Shown piece after piece: positions 38,900 through 48,874 of a DNA stretch of 64,000 nucleotides. Source of the DNA: Lingula anatina (Eukaryota; Animalia; Brachiopoda); the NCBI GenBank assembly GCA_051362555.1, contig CM120641.1, forward strand, positions 5,766,001 through 5,830,000, in the 5' to 3' direction. Below the pieces are notes generated by a model. That model was not told the DNA's origin, did not search any database, and saw only the letters and a program-made list of their open reading frames with translations. A program made the translations under genes and the position numbers. Position 1 is the stretch's first letter, and each line of letters begins with the position of its first letter.

Positions 38900-41584
38900 A
38901 ATAATAATAATAAAGGTTTATTGTGTTCTTTGCAATATATAAGACATATATTGAATGTATATGTATAAAAGTATAAAGATGTAGTACTAAAATAGAGCTT
39001 TAAGATAAATTCTAAGTTATAAAACCAATAATGAGGTTAAAAATGGTGATTCGTTGTTATTTTCAAAAGCTAAAAGTTAATGGATAGACCTAGATCATTG
39101 ACACGTATATAAACAGTATGGGATAAAAGTGTTTCTATATCTTTTTGTCCGACATTTTGGTAAAACATATCTATAAACATTCCTTAGGTCCTTTTCTATG
39201 ACACGAGTGTTAGGTAAAAGATGGTTCAATCTATGTGTACACAGTTTTATCTCATTTAATAATTTTTTGCATAAGTCAGTACGCCGAGATTTCAAGGTAG
39301 GTAATTCAGTGATGTCCATTGCTTCGTTGTAAGTGAGTTCAGGGTATATAATATGAAGAGCCCTTTTTTGGATGTTCTCTAAGGCTTTAGATTGCTGTGC
39401 GGTAATTCCAGCATGCCATAGCTGACAAGCGTACTCAAGTGTTGGTCTGAGATTGCTTTTATAAATTTGTAAGAGGTCATGTCTCGGCACCCCAGCGTGT
39501 TTGACCATGCATAAGAAATACAGTCTGGATGCAGCTTTTGAGAGAGTTTTTTCTATATGTAAGTCCCATTTCAAATTAGAACTGATATGAACTCCCAGCA
39601 GTTTGGCATGTGAAACTTGTTCGATTTTTATACCATCAATTATTAGGTTATCAGGTACAGTAGGGTTTTTACTGAAACAGATAAACAGTTCAACAGTTTT
39701 TTTAGGATTGATTAGCATGTTATTTTGTTTTGTCCATTCATATAGGTTTGAGGCTGCTATGGGAAGTTTAGATTGTGTAGGTTTGGCACCTTGTTCTATT
39801 TCCCTTGGAGATGGTTGGTGAACTGTCTCATAAACTGTAGTGTCATCCACATATTTTACTGCTGGTAAAAAACATTCCATGTCATTTATCATTGTAATGA
39901 AAAGGAGAGGTCCTAATTTTGTACCCTGGGGCACGCCCCCATGAATATGGCACCATTGTGACATTACTGATCCACACTTGATCCGTTGCTGTCTATTTAG
40001 TAAAAAGGCATGGACCCATCTGAGTAATACTGGAGGTACTCCATAGCTGCAAAGCTTGCCTAGCAAAATATTGTGGTCTATTAAATCAAACGCTTTTCTA
40101 AAATCAAGTAATAAAACCCGAGACTGTGCCCCATGAGTGTCACTGGCCTTGGCCCAGGTGTCAAATAGCTCGATTAAGGCCATTGTGGTGGAGGAACCTT
40201 TAACATTGCCAAACTGATCTTTCTTAATATGTGGTCCTAGTATCTCCCACAGCCATGTAAAAATGAATGCTTCCAATTCCTTGCTGAGGATAGGTGTTAG
40301 GGAAACAGGTCTTAAATCATTTTCCACGCTCAGTGCTGGTTTAATTTTAGGCAGTGGCACTACATTGGCACATTTCCAGATTGTTGGTAGCTTTCCTTGA
40401 CGTATGGTATTGTTCCAGATTGCACATACTGGTGCACCGAGAACTCCAGCAAAGTCTTTGAGAATCCAGTTCGGTATATTATCAGGACCGGATGCCTTGT
40501 TTGTGTTAATATTAATGAGAGATCTTTCCACTTGTTCTACTGTGAGCTGGTACTGTGAGGGAATGTTAACATCATGGAAGTCCGTCTCATCTAAGGGGTC
40601 TAGGTGAGAAGTAATGGACTGGAAGAAGTTGTTGATGTTTTGTGCAAGTGCTTCCATATCCCCCTCATGGAGATGGTTGGCCATGGTGGTCAGAGAGGCA
40701 CTGTTTTGAGATTTACCCATGATGTTATTGATACCTTTCCACCATTTCCCTGGGTCTGACGATTTTGCCTCTTCAATCTGAGTTCTGTAGTAGACCGTTT
40801 GTAACCGTTTGCGTTCTTGGTTTACTTTGTTTCTAAGGTTTCTAAATTCAGGGTCCTTCAGTTGAAAGGCACGCTGGCGTTGGATGATTAGGTCACGAAA
40901 CTCATCTGTCACCCAAGGCTTGTCATGTGTACTCCTTGTCACAACCTTGGTGGGGAAGTGGGTTTCTATTAAGTTATGCAAGGTCTGATAAAACATATCA
41001 CATTGCTGATGGACACAGTCACTGTGGTATAGTTCATCCCAGTGGATGTTTTGAATGGCATCTGCGAAACTAATTCGTTTTGAAAGTGGGTATTTTCGGA
41101 CAGTCACCTTACATTTCCTGGCTGATTGTAACATTTGTGATGCGACAGGTTTCACTAAGATGGTTTCATGTTTAGACAAGCCAATAGGAGACAAATGGAC
41201 TGGGCTCTGATAGTAATCTTGCATGTTGGTATAAACAAGATCTAAGGTGGAGTTCATATGTGTAGGACATTTTACCAGTTGTTTTAATCTTTGGCTTTTA
41301 ATGAGCAATTTGTCAGGCAGATGGTTAAAGTCTCCGGTCAAAATTATTCCAGCATTCACATACTTTGTTTTTATTGTATCAAGTGTTTCAAGCAGATGTT
41401 GGACCATGTCATTATGGTTGCTATCTGGTGGATGGTAAATACATCCAACCACTAGTGGGTTGAACTGTCTAGGCATTCTCTGTGGGTTGAGTCTGATCCA
41501 CAGGGTCTCAAATTGATCATGGTGTGCCCAGCTAAGCCTTTCAAATGGTATAGACTGATGGATATAACAAACTATACCACCATA
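38900..41584 (-). mobile_element. 5'-truncated non-LTR retrotransposon (CR1/L2 group)
   Basis: Flanked by a TAATAT duplication (38894-38899, 41585-41590) that is single-copy in the other array units. Has a 3' AATAAA and (TTA)n tail and encodes partial APE endonuclease plus full RT. Confidence 0.92.
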
Positions 41585-41593
41585 TAATATCAT
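39095..41593 (-). CDS. LINE ORF2: C-terminal half of APE endonuclease plus complete reverse transcriptase
   Basis: Uninterrupted frame with CIYHPP, LTGDFN, TLDLVYTN, KASGPDNIP, LRPVSLT, LLDFRKAFD, GVPQGTKLGP and YVDD. The in-frame ATG at 41593-41591 comes from the flanking repeat, not the LINE. Confidence 0.85.
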   Translation of the reverse strand: MILYGGIVCYIHQSIPFERLSWAHHDQFETLWIRLNPQRMPRQFNPLVVGCIYHPPDSNHNDMVQHLLETLDTIKTKYVNAGIILTGDFNHLPDKLLIKSQRLKQLVKCPTHMNSTLDLVYTNMQDYYQSPVHLSPIGLSKHETILVKPVASQMLQSARKCKVTVRKYPLSKRISFADAIQNIHWDELYHSDCVHQQCDMFYQTLHNLIETHFPTKVVTRSTHDKPWVTDEFRDLIIQRQRAFQLKDPEFRNLRNKVNQERKRLQTVYYRTQIEEAKSSDPGKWWKGINNIMGKSQNSASLTTMANHLHEGDMEALAQNINNFFQSITSHLDPLDETDFHDVNIPSQYQLTVEQVERSLININTNKASGPDNIPNWILKDFAGVLGAPVCAIWNNTIRQGKLPTIWKCANVVPLPKIKPALSVENDLRPVSLTPILSKELEAFIFTWLWEILGPHIKKDQFGNVKGSSTTMALIELFDTWAKASDTHGAQSRVLLLDFRKAFDLIDHNILLGKLCSYGVPPVLLRWVHAFLLNRQQRIKCGSVMSQWCHIHGGVPQGTKLGPLLFITMINDMECFLPAVKYVDDTTVYETVHQPSPREIEQGAKPTQSKLPIAASNLYEWTKQNNMLINPKKTVELFICFSKNPTVPDNLIIDGIKIEQVSHAKLLGVHISSNLKWDLHIEKTLSKAASRLYFLCMVKHAGVPRHDLLQIYKSNLRPTLEYACQLWHAGITAQQSKALENIQKRALHIIYPELTYNEAMDITELPTLKSRRTDLCKKLLNEIKLCTHRLNHLLPNTRVIEKDLRNVYRYVLPKCRTKRYRNTFIPYCLYTCQ

Positions 41594-41827
41594 GGGTAAA
41601 TCCAAACTAAATCTTAGTATAAAACAAACTCCGAGCTCCGTGTCGGGTTCTCAAACACGACTTCCTGTGCATCATGCACTAAAATACCGTTCATGTCTGG
41701 GACTGGGGTTTCGTGGGATGAAATGCGGCACCCGGATTATCGATTGGGATAGCAGATCTACACATGTACATCCAATCTGGCGCTCTCCGTGACAAGGTTG
41801 AAAGTTTCCATCTGATCGTCTCTTGTC

Positions 41828-41923
41828 GACGAAGCTGTCGTGGCTGCGTGGTAACTCTGCTGTCTTGCAGACAGGCAGGAATTCGGACGCTGGTTCGAGT
41901 CCCGGTATCTACTGTGTCATTTT
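41828..41923 (+). ncRNA. Candidate Pol III small RNA A (~96 nt, vault-RNA-like architecture), copy 1
   Basis: A box TGGCTGCGTGG (41841-41851), B box GGTTCGAGTCC (41892-41902), T4 terminator, complementary 5'/3' ends and a central hairpin CTGTC/GACAG. Identity and start site are inferred. Confidence 0.5.
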
Positions 41924-41987
41924 CTGCCAGAATTAATTTTTCAAAATTGCGATTGATTACTATAAGAGGAAACTCGCACGTACGGAG

Positions 41988-42189
41988 GGTGGGCGGGTCA
42001 GTCACGGTGCAGTCGGTAGCGTGCATGGATGCAAATGAGACAGCCAAAGCGTCATCAACCTTGGTAACGCAAAGTCACGGGTTCGAGTCCCGGATGAGGC
42101 ACGTCACAACAACGACCTGGACCCTGAATCGGGATGCCACGAGACGAGAACGAGTGAGGGCTCTCGTGGGACTTAGCAAATTACCTTTT
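41988..42189 (+). ncRNA. Candidate Pol III structured RNA B (~200 nt), copy 1
   Basis: TATAAG at 41961, A-box-like CGGTGCAGTCGG (42005-42016), B box GGTTCGAGTCC (42080-42090), first T4 run at 42186-42189, and several internal stems. Confidence 0.5.
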
Positions 42190-43380
42190 GCATAAAAATA
42201 CGGTATACTTCAGAAAGTTTACATCTGCTTCGACAATTATATCTCCTTTCTTTTCAGTTGAAAGTCCTTATATTGGTGCCACGATCTTGAAGTTAAACTG
42301 AGCTAAAGCTAACTCCGTATGTTCTGCATTTCATCAAAATGTGCTATCTTTTTGGTGGAATTATCAGAGAGAAAACTTTTGACATTTTACAAAAGTTGCG
42401 TCGCCTCTACTCCTTTTATCAGGCACAAGCTTTGTCTTTTTATGCCCCTCCTTTCCTATCTTGGGCCTTTGCTTCTCAAGACTGTTCATATGTTCATGCA
42501 GTACCCGGGGCAAGTCCGCAGTCGACATTTGAAAGAGTAAAGACTACTCAATACTAAAACCGCCGAGGTTTGAACAGCTGTGCATCTCACCGTGCTCTGT
42601 AACGTCAAAGGTGAAACCAAACGTTATCTCAGTGCAAAACAAAATGAAAATTAAAGCATCTGAAGTCATCTAACTAGGAACGTTCAGAACAGGCCTATCA
42701 AGGAAAGCGATCCAACTTGTTTTGATTCAGTAGCTTTTCCCGTATAACAGCAGGTCATACCACATGGAGGCCCGTAGCCAGAAATTTCAAAAGGGGGGTT
42801 CTTTTTCTGAAAAAGTGGACCTTTTCCCATAAAAAACTTCATGTACCTAGCTCAAATTTTACCCAGAGTGGACCTTTTCCCAGCAAAAGAGGCAGTCCTT
42901 TCGATCCCCCCCCCCCCCCCCCCCTTGGCTACGGGCCTGACCTGTTAACTGTGTTCGGTAGAAAAACGATATCTCCTCGGCAGAATTATGTGCCAAATAT
43001 GTTTTACTCAAAATTACCATCACTGCAATCGCACCAGTAATTAAACACTTGAATTTTTTTTATTCTCTCCTCTTAGGTTCTCGCTAAAAGTAAAACACGC
43101 CTGTTGTGAACCGCATCTGATCCCTGTGGACTCTTTAATATCATGGGTTAATCCAAACTAAATCTTAGTATAAAACAAACTCCGAGCTCCGTGTCGGGTT
43201 CTCAAACACGACTTCCTGTGCATCATGCACTAAAAAATACCGTTCATGTCTGGGACTGGGGTTTCGTGGGATGAAATGCGGCACCCGGATTATCGATTGG
43301 GATAGCAGATCTACACATGTACATCCAATCTGGCGCTCTCCGTGACAAGGTTGAAAGTTTCCATCTGATCGTCTCTTGTC

Positions 43381-43478
43381 GACGAAGCTGTCGTGGCTGC
43401 GTGGTAACTCTGCTGTCTTGCAGACAGGCAGGAATTCGGACGCTGGTTCGAGTCCCGGTATCTACTGTGTCATTTTTT
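43381..43478 (+). ncRNA. Candidate Pol III small RNA A, copy 2
   Basis: As copy 1, with a T6 terminator. Confidence 0.5.
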
Positions 43479-43540
43479 GCCAGAATTAATTTTTCAAAAT
43501 TGCGATTGATTACTATAAGAGGAAACTCGCACGTACGGAG

Positions 43541-43742
43541 GGTGGGCGGGTCAGTCACGGAGCAGTCGGTAGCGTGCATGGATGCAAATGAGACAGCCAA
43601 AGCGTCATCAACCTTGGTAACGCAAAGTCACGGGTTCGAGTCCCGGATGAGGCACGTCACAACAACGACCTGGACCCTGAATCGGGATGCCACGAGACGA
43701 GAACGAGTGAGGGCTCTCGTGGGACTTAGCAAATTACCTTTT
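43541..43742 (+). ncRNA. Candidate Pol III structured RNA B, copy 2
   Basis: As copy 1; the A-box variant is CGGAGCAGTCGG. Confidence 0.5.
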
Positions 43743-44503
43743 GCATAAAAATACGGTATACTTCAGAAAGTTTACATCTGCTTCGACAATTATATTTCCT
43801 TTCTCTTCAGTTGAAAGTCCTTATATTGGTGCCACGATCTTGAACTTAAACTGAGCTAAAGCTTTTCCCGTATAACAGCAGGTCATACCACCTGCAAGCC
43901 CGTAGCCAGAAATTTCAAAAGGGGGGTTCTTTTTCTGAAAAAGTGGACCTTTTCCCATAAAAAACTTCATGTACCTAGCTCAAATTTTACCCAGAGTGGA
44001 CCTTTTCCCAGCAAAAGGGGCAGTCCTTTCGATCCCCCCCCCCCTCCGGCTACGGGCCTGACCTGTTAACCGTGTTCGGTAGAAAAACGATATCTCCTCG
44101 GCAGAATTATGTGCCAAATATGTTTTACTCAAAATTACCATCACTGCAATCGCACCAGTAATTAAACACTTGAATTTTTTTTTTATTCTCTCCTCTTAGG
44201 TTCTCGCTAAAAGTAAAACACGCCTGTTGTGAACCGCATCTGATCCCTGTGGACTCTTTAATATCATGGGTAAATCCAAACTAAATCTTAGTATAAAACA
44301 AACTCCGAGCTCCGTGTCGGGTTCTCAAACACGACTTCCTGTGCATCATGCACTAAAAAATACCGTTCATGTCTGGGACTGGGGTTTCGTGGGATGAAAT
44401 GCGGCACCCGGATTATCGATTGGGATAGCAGATCTACACATGTACATCCAATCTGGCGCTCTCCGTGACAAGGTTGAAAGTTTCCATCTGATCGTCTCTT
44501 GTC

Positions 44504-44601
44504 GACGAAGCTGTCGTGGCTGCGTGGTAACTCTGCTGTCTTGCAGACAGGCAGGAATTCGGACTCTGGTTCGAGTCCCGGTATCTACTGTGTCATTTTT
44601 T
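44504..44601 (+). ncRNA. Candidate Pol III small RNA A, copy 3
   Basis: As copy 2, with a GGACTCTGG variant before the B box. Confidence 0.5.
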
Positions 44602-44663
44602 GCCAGAATTAATTTTTCAAAATTGCGATTGATTACTATAAGAGGAAACTCGCACGTACGGAG

Positions 44664-44865
44664 GGTGGGCGGGTCAGTCACGGTGCAGTCGGTAGCGTGC
44701 ATGGATGCAAATGAGACAGCCAAAGCGTCATCAACCTTGGTAACGCAAAGTCACGGGTTCGAGTCCCGGATGAGGCACGTCACAACAACGACCTGGACTC
44801 TGAATCGGGATGCCACGAGACGAGAACGAGTGAGGGCTCTCGTGGGACTTAGCAAATTACCTTTT
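44664..44865 (+). ncRNA. Candidate Pol III structured RNA B, copy 3
   Basis: As copy 1, with one C>T variant. Confidence 0.5.
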
Positions 44866-45632
44866 GCATAAAAATACGGTATACTTCAGAAAGTTTACAT
44901 CTGCTTCGACAATTATATTTCCTTTCTCTTCAGTTGAAAGTCCTTATATTGGTGCCACGATCTTGAACTTAAACTGAGCTAAAGCTTTTCCCGTATAACA
45001 GCAGGTCATACCACCTGCAAGCCCGTAGCCAGAAATTTCAAAAGGGGGGTTCTTTTTCTGAAAAAGTGGACCTTTTCCCATAAAAAACTTCATGTACCTA
45101 GCTCAAATTTTACCCAGAGTGGACCTTTTCCCAGCAAAAGGGGCAGTCCTTTCGATCCCCCCCCCCCCCCCCCTCCGGCTACGGGCCTGACCTGTTAACC
45201 GTGTTCGGTAGAAAAACGATATCTCCTCGGCAGAATTATGTGCCAAATATGTTTTACTCAAAATTACCATCACTGCAATCGCACCAGTAATTAAACACTT
45301 GAATTTTTTTTTTATTCTCTCCTCTTAGGTTCTTGCTAAAAGTAAAACACGCCTGTTGTGAACCGCATCTGATCCCTGTGGACTCTTTAATATCATGGGT
45401 AAATCCAAACTAAATCTTAGTATAAAACAAACTCCGAGCTCCGTGTCGGGTTCTCAAACACGACTTCCTGTGCATCATGCACTAAAAAATACCGTTCATG
45501 TCTGGGACTGGGGTTTCGTGGGATGAAATGCGGCACCCGGATTATCGATTGGGATAGCAGATCTACACATGTACATCCAATCTGGCGCTCTCCGTGACAA
45601 GGTTGAAAGTTTCCATCTGATCGTCTCTTGTC

Positions 45633-45730
45633 GACGAAGCTGTCGTGGCTGCGTGGTAACTCTGCTGTCTTGCAGACAGGCAGGAATTCGGACTCTGGTT
45701 CGAGTCCCGGTATCTACTGTGTCATTTTTT
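45633..45730 (+). ncRNA. Candidate Pol III small RNA A, copy 4
   Basis: As copy 3. Confidence 0.5.
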
Positions 45731-45792
45731 GCCAGAATTAATTTTTCAAAATTGCGATTGATTACTATAAGAGGAAACTCGCACGTACGGAG

Positions 45793-45994
45793 GTTGGGCT
45801 GGTCAGTCACGGAGCAGTCGGTAGCGTGCATGGATGCAAATGAGACAGCCAAAGCGTCATCAACCTTGGTAACGCAAAGTCACGGGTTCGAGTCCCGGAT
45901 GAGGCACGTCACAACAACGACCTGGACCCTGAATCGGGATGCCACGAGACGAGAACGAGTGAGGGCTCTCGTGGGACTTAGCAAATTACCTTTT
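45793..45994 (+). ncRNA. Candidate Pol III structured RNA B, copy 4
   Basis: 5' variant GTTGGGCTGGTC; otherwise as copy 2. Confidence 0.5.
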
Positions 45995-46244
45995 GCATAA
46001 AAATACGGTATACTTCAGAAAGTTTACATCTGCTTCGACAATTATATCTCCTTTCTCTTCAGTTGAAAGTCCTTATATTGGTGCCACGATCTTGAACTTA
46101 AACTGAGCTAAAGCTAACTCCGTATGTACTGCATTTTTTGTGGGATTATCAGAGAGAAAACTTTTGATTTTTTACAAAAGTTGCGTTGCCTCTACTCCTT
46201 TTATCAGGCACAAGCTTTGTCTTTTTATGCCCCTCCTTTCCTAA

Positions 46245-46500
46245 TTAGGCTGAACGATCTACAAAAAATTCAAAATAGAGCGCTACGCATGGCACTCAAA
46301 CTTCCAATGGACCCCGAATTACAACTCTGCACGAGCTGGTCAACATTGAATATATATCAAGCAGACTATTCTTTCTGGGCATAAAAACAATCAGCAGGTT
46401 TGAAAATAACCTCCTATTTAAAGAACTTAAGCTGAAAAACATAATACTAAGCAAACCAGGCAAAAATACTACCCTTGACTTATATAAATAATGATACAGA
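46245..46500 (+). mobile_element. Degraded LINE ORF2 C-terminal remnant
   Basis: Translates LNDLQKIQNRALRMALKLP, a motif typical of the post-RT region of non-LTR elements, then loses frame. Confidence 0.5.
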
Positions 46501-46699
46501 TCGTGCACGAAAAACTTTGCGGCTTCGGTCTCCCGACGGCCGGAGAAAATACTGGCCCAGAAAAGGGCTACACCAATTCAATATTAAGGAAAAAATCTGG
46601 TCACCCGACGACCGGAGACAAGGTGAAAGAATTGGAATAACCATAGCGGAAGAAAAAGAAAAAGAATCATCAGGAAAAAAATACATAAGCTGGAGGGGC

Positions 46700-46805
46700 G
46701 GCCAGCGTTACGCCGCGGGGTATTCAGGGCACAGACCGTGATCACAAGATACCGAAAATAGATTTTTAGATTTTTAGAAAATAGCTTTTCCATGTGAACG
46801 GAGCC
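46700..46805. mobile_element. Solo terminal arm related to the Harbinger-like MITE at 36397-36653
   Basis: TTACGCCGCGGG.TATTCAGGGCACAGACC.TGATCA...CATGTGAACGGAGCC matches that element's right arm. Confidence 0.65.
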
Positions 46806-48874
46806 AAAGCATTATTTTATTTTTGCCACCGGAGTAAAATATAAATGGCAATTAAAAAGTTCCTGAAACTATTATAGGCCTACACGAAGTCAAAGACGAA
46901 ATATTCAACTTCGGTTGGAATTATATAACAATTATTTAAACAGACTTTCAATTAGTCAATACCAAAGAAGAGAAAGCGGGTGGCAGGACAAAAGGGGCAT
47001 TCATTTCAAGCCAATTATAGTTGTGAAACATGCCGTTGGTGTGCCCAAGTGGGAAAGATCAACTGTTAATAACCAGTACACCTTTAGAAAAATAATGCTA
47101 TGGCTAATTTAGGGTATGAAAATATTTAATGGCTTTCATAATTCTTAACAATTTTATTTCTCCCTCAGGCCGCCAAACGTGTCTACCTCGCGGAACATTG
47201 TATTCTATCAAGTGCCCTGCCATTATGAACCCATGCAATGGTGGTCCACGATCCATTAGTAGAAACTCCGGCAATTAAACAAATATACACTTCCATTCTT
47301 CGATGGATTACACAAATGGAGGATGAAATGGCCCATTATGATCATATGTTTGTGTTGAAGCAATGATCGACACAGTGTACACACTTAGGTTTATTTGAGC
47401 GGCCTAATATGAAATCATGCAAACAGGGGAGGCACGGACCCAAAGTAAGCAATCAAGTAAAGCTTTGACAGACCCCGGTGACATGGTGAAATAGTTAAAA
47501 AGGGCTTTTGCTTAATGCCGGTTTTTGAAAAGACGAATTAAGTGGCATTTCTTTTCTCATCGCGACAAAGTCGCCGTCCCATTTCACAGTTCACCCCGCC
47601 TTACTGAGGAGAGCAGGCGAAAATGCATGGAACTTCATGTACCTCGGAGTTATAATAGTAATGTGAGGTACGTACCGATCATGCTGACATTTCTAATTAT
47701 CCTGGAGCATATTTTTTTATTTGAATCAGTGTTCTTAATCAGGAGTACAAATCGAAGTGAGAATTGATCAACTATATTACCAGTATTTACTTTTAGATAA
47801 TCCATTGATATGATTCTTGGTAAAATCAGAACTTCAGTTGTGTTTTGTAGACTGAAAGGGTGGCTACTGACATCGTTGCTTGGTAACGATAATAAGAAAA
47901 TAAAAAATAATAATTTTGGAGAGAGAGCGACAGAGGGAGAGATCCACCAAGAGAGTCGGTCAATATAGTGATAAGTTAAACGTAATTTAAAAATAAAGAA
48001 AATTTAATAAAATAAAATAAATTTCACAGCAGCAAGCGTGTACTGTGAACATGTGAAACAATAAGGTATGGGTAAAGAAAAGAAAATTGATTGTAAGATT
48101 TTGATTCTCTGTCATTAACAAAATTATGTGTCGATTTCATTAAAGTTTATAAGCGATTAACATACGGAGACATCGTATTTGTTCGGAACATCATTATATG
48201 AATTTTGTGATCATAAAGTGAGAATCGGACAGACTGCCTTACGTCTTTGTATATTTGTTAAGCAATTCATCCGTAAGTGCCCAATCAACTGGCACGGGAG
48301 GGGCTGTAAGTACTCGTCGATGTAGCGACTTTGGTACCAGGAGACCGCATTGATCACCGTGCGTATTTGGATACTGATTCAATAGTCAAAACAATGTAGT
48401 ACAAGTCTTGATGTATCGACAGTTTTTGTTCTTCATCGGGGTAAAAATCCATTACTTCATTGTGTGTTTCAATTGTCAGTCCGAGAACTTTAATGCGATA
48501 CACTGTGACATTTACTATAAGTGCACTTGGCTTGGGAGCGTTGGCACCGTTGGTAACTCGGCTATTGTCATGTAGTATTATGAGGAAAAAATGGGACTGT
48601 TTTAACAAGTGACAAGGTAGATCCATACTAGGGGTGACAGGTTGTTCTGAAGTTTGCGTTTTAATCCAAACATGTCTCTTTAATTTCTTATCTGGTACAC
48701 TTTAATCTTAGCTACACGGTGTATATCAAAACGTGTGAAAGCACTATCTCTATTTGTAGATTAGAAATTACGAAAAAACAACGAAAGCCGGAGGGACAAG
48801 AAGAGACAGTTCTCATGTAGAAGACGTAAAAAAAGGATTCATCAAGATAATAGGGATTCCAACAACCGCCCACC

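Larger units (their letters stand above)
38131..46240. repeat. Tandem array of near-identical 1.55-kb/1.12-kb units, interrupted once by a LINE
   Basis: Marker TCATGGGT(A/T)AATCC occurs at 41590, 43141, 44264 and 45393 (periods 1551, 1123, 1129). A deleted partial unit lies at 38131-38899. Units contain a ~175-bp MITE (AGGCCCGTAGCCA...TGG(C/T)TACGGGCCT, e.g. 38522-38694) and two Pol III-type modules. Confidence 0.95.

Noticed and set aside
41783-41805. PSE-like sequence CTCTCCGTGACAAGGTTGAAAGT upstream of RNA A
   Set aside because: It needs a gap to match snRNA PSEs and lies closer to the inferred start than a PSE normally would.
41834-42101. Canonical tRNA genes (Ala-TGC, Cys-GCA or Pro-TGG readings)
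   Set aside because: Neither module completes a cloverleaf. Module A lacks acceptor pairing, and module B lacks either the D arm or matching acceptor and anticodon stems.
41691-46000. Repeated 118-aa (-) and 143-aa (+) ORFs in each array unit
   Set aside because: No recognisable domains. They overlap on opposite strands and recur only because the unit is duplicated; the GC-rich RNA-like modules explain the lack of stops.
38131-46240. RT gene next to a repeat array read as a retron, DGR or CRISPR-RT-like system
   Set aside because: The RT has an APE remnant, a (TTA)n tail and a TSD, so it is an ordinary LINE insertion. Array units are kilobase-scale and near-identical with no unique spacers.
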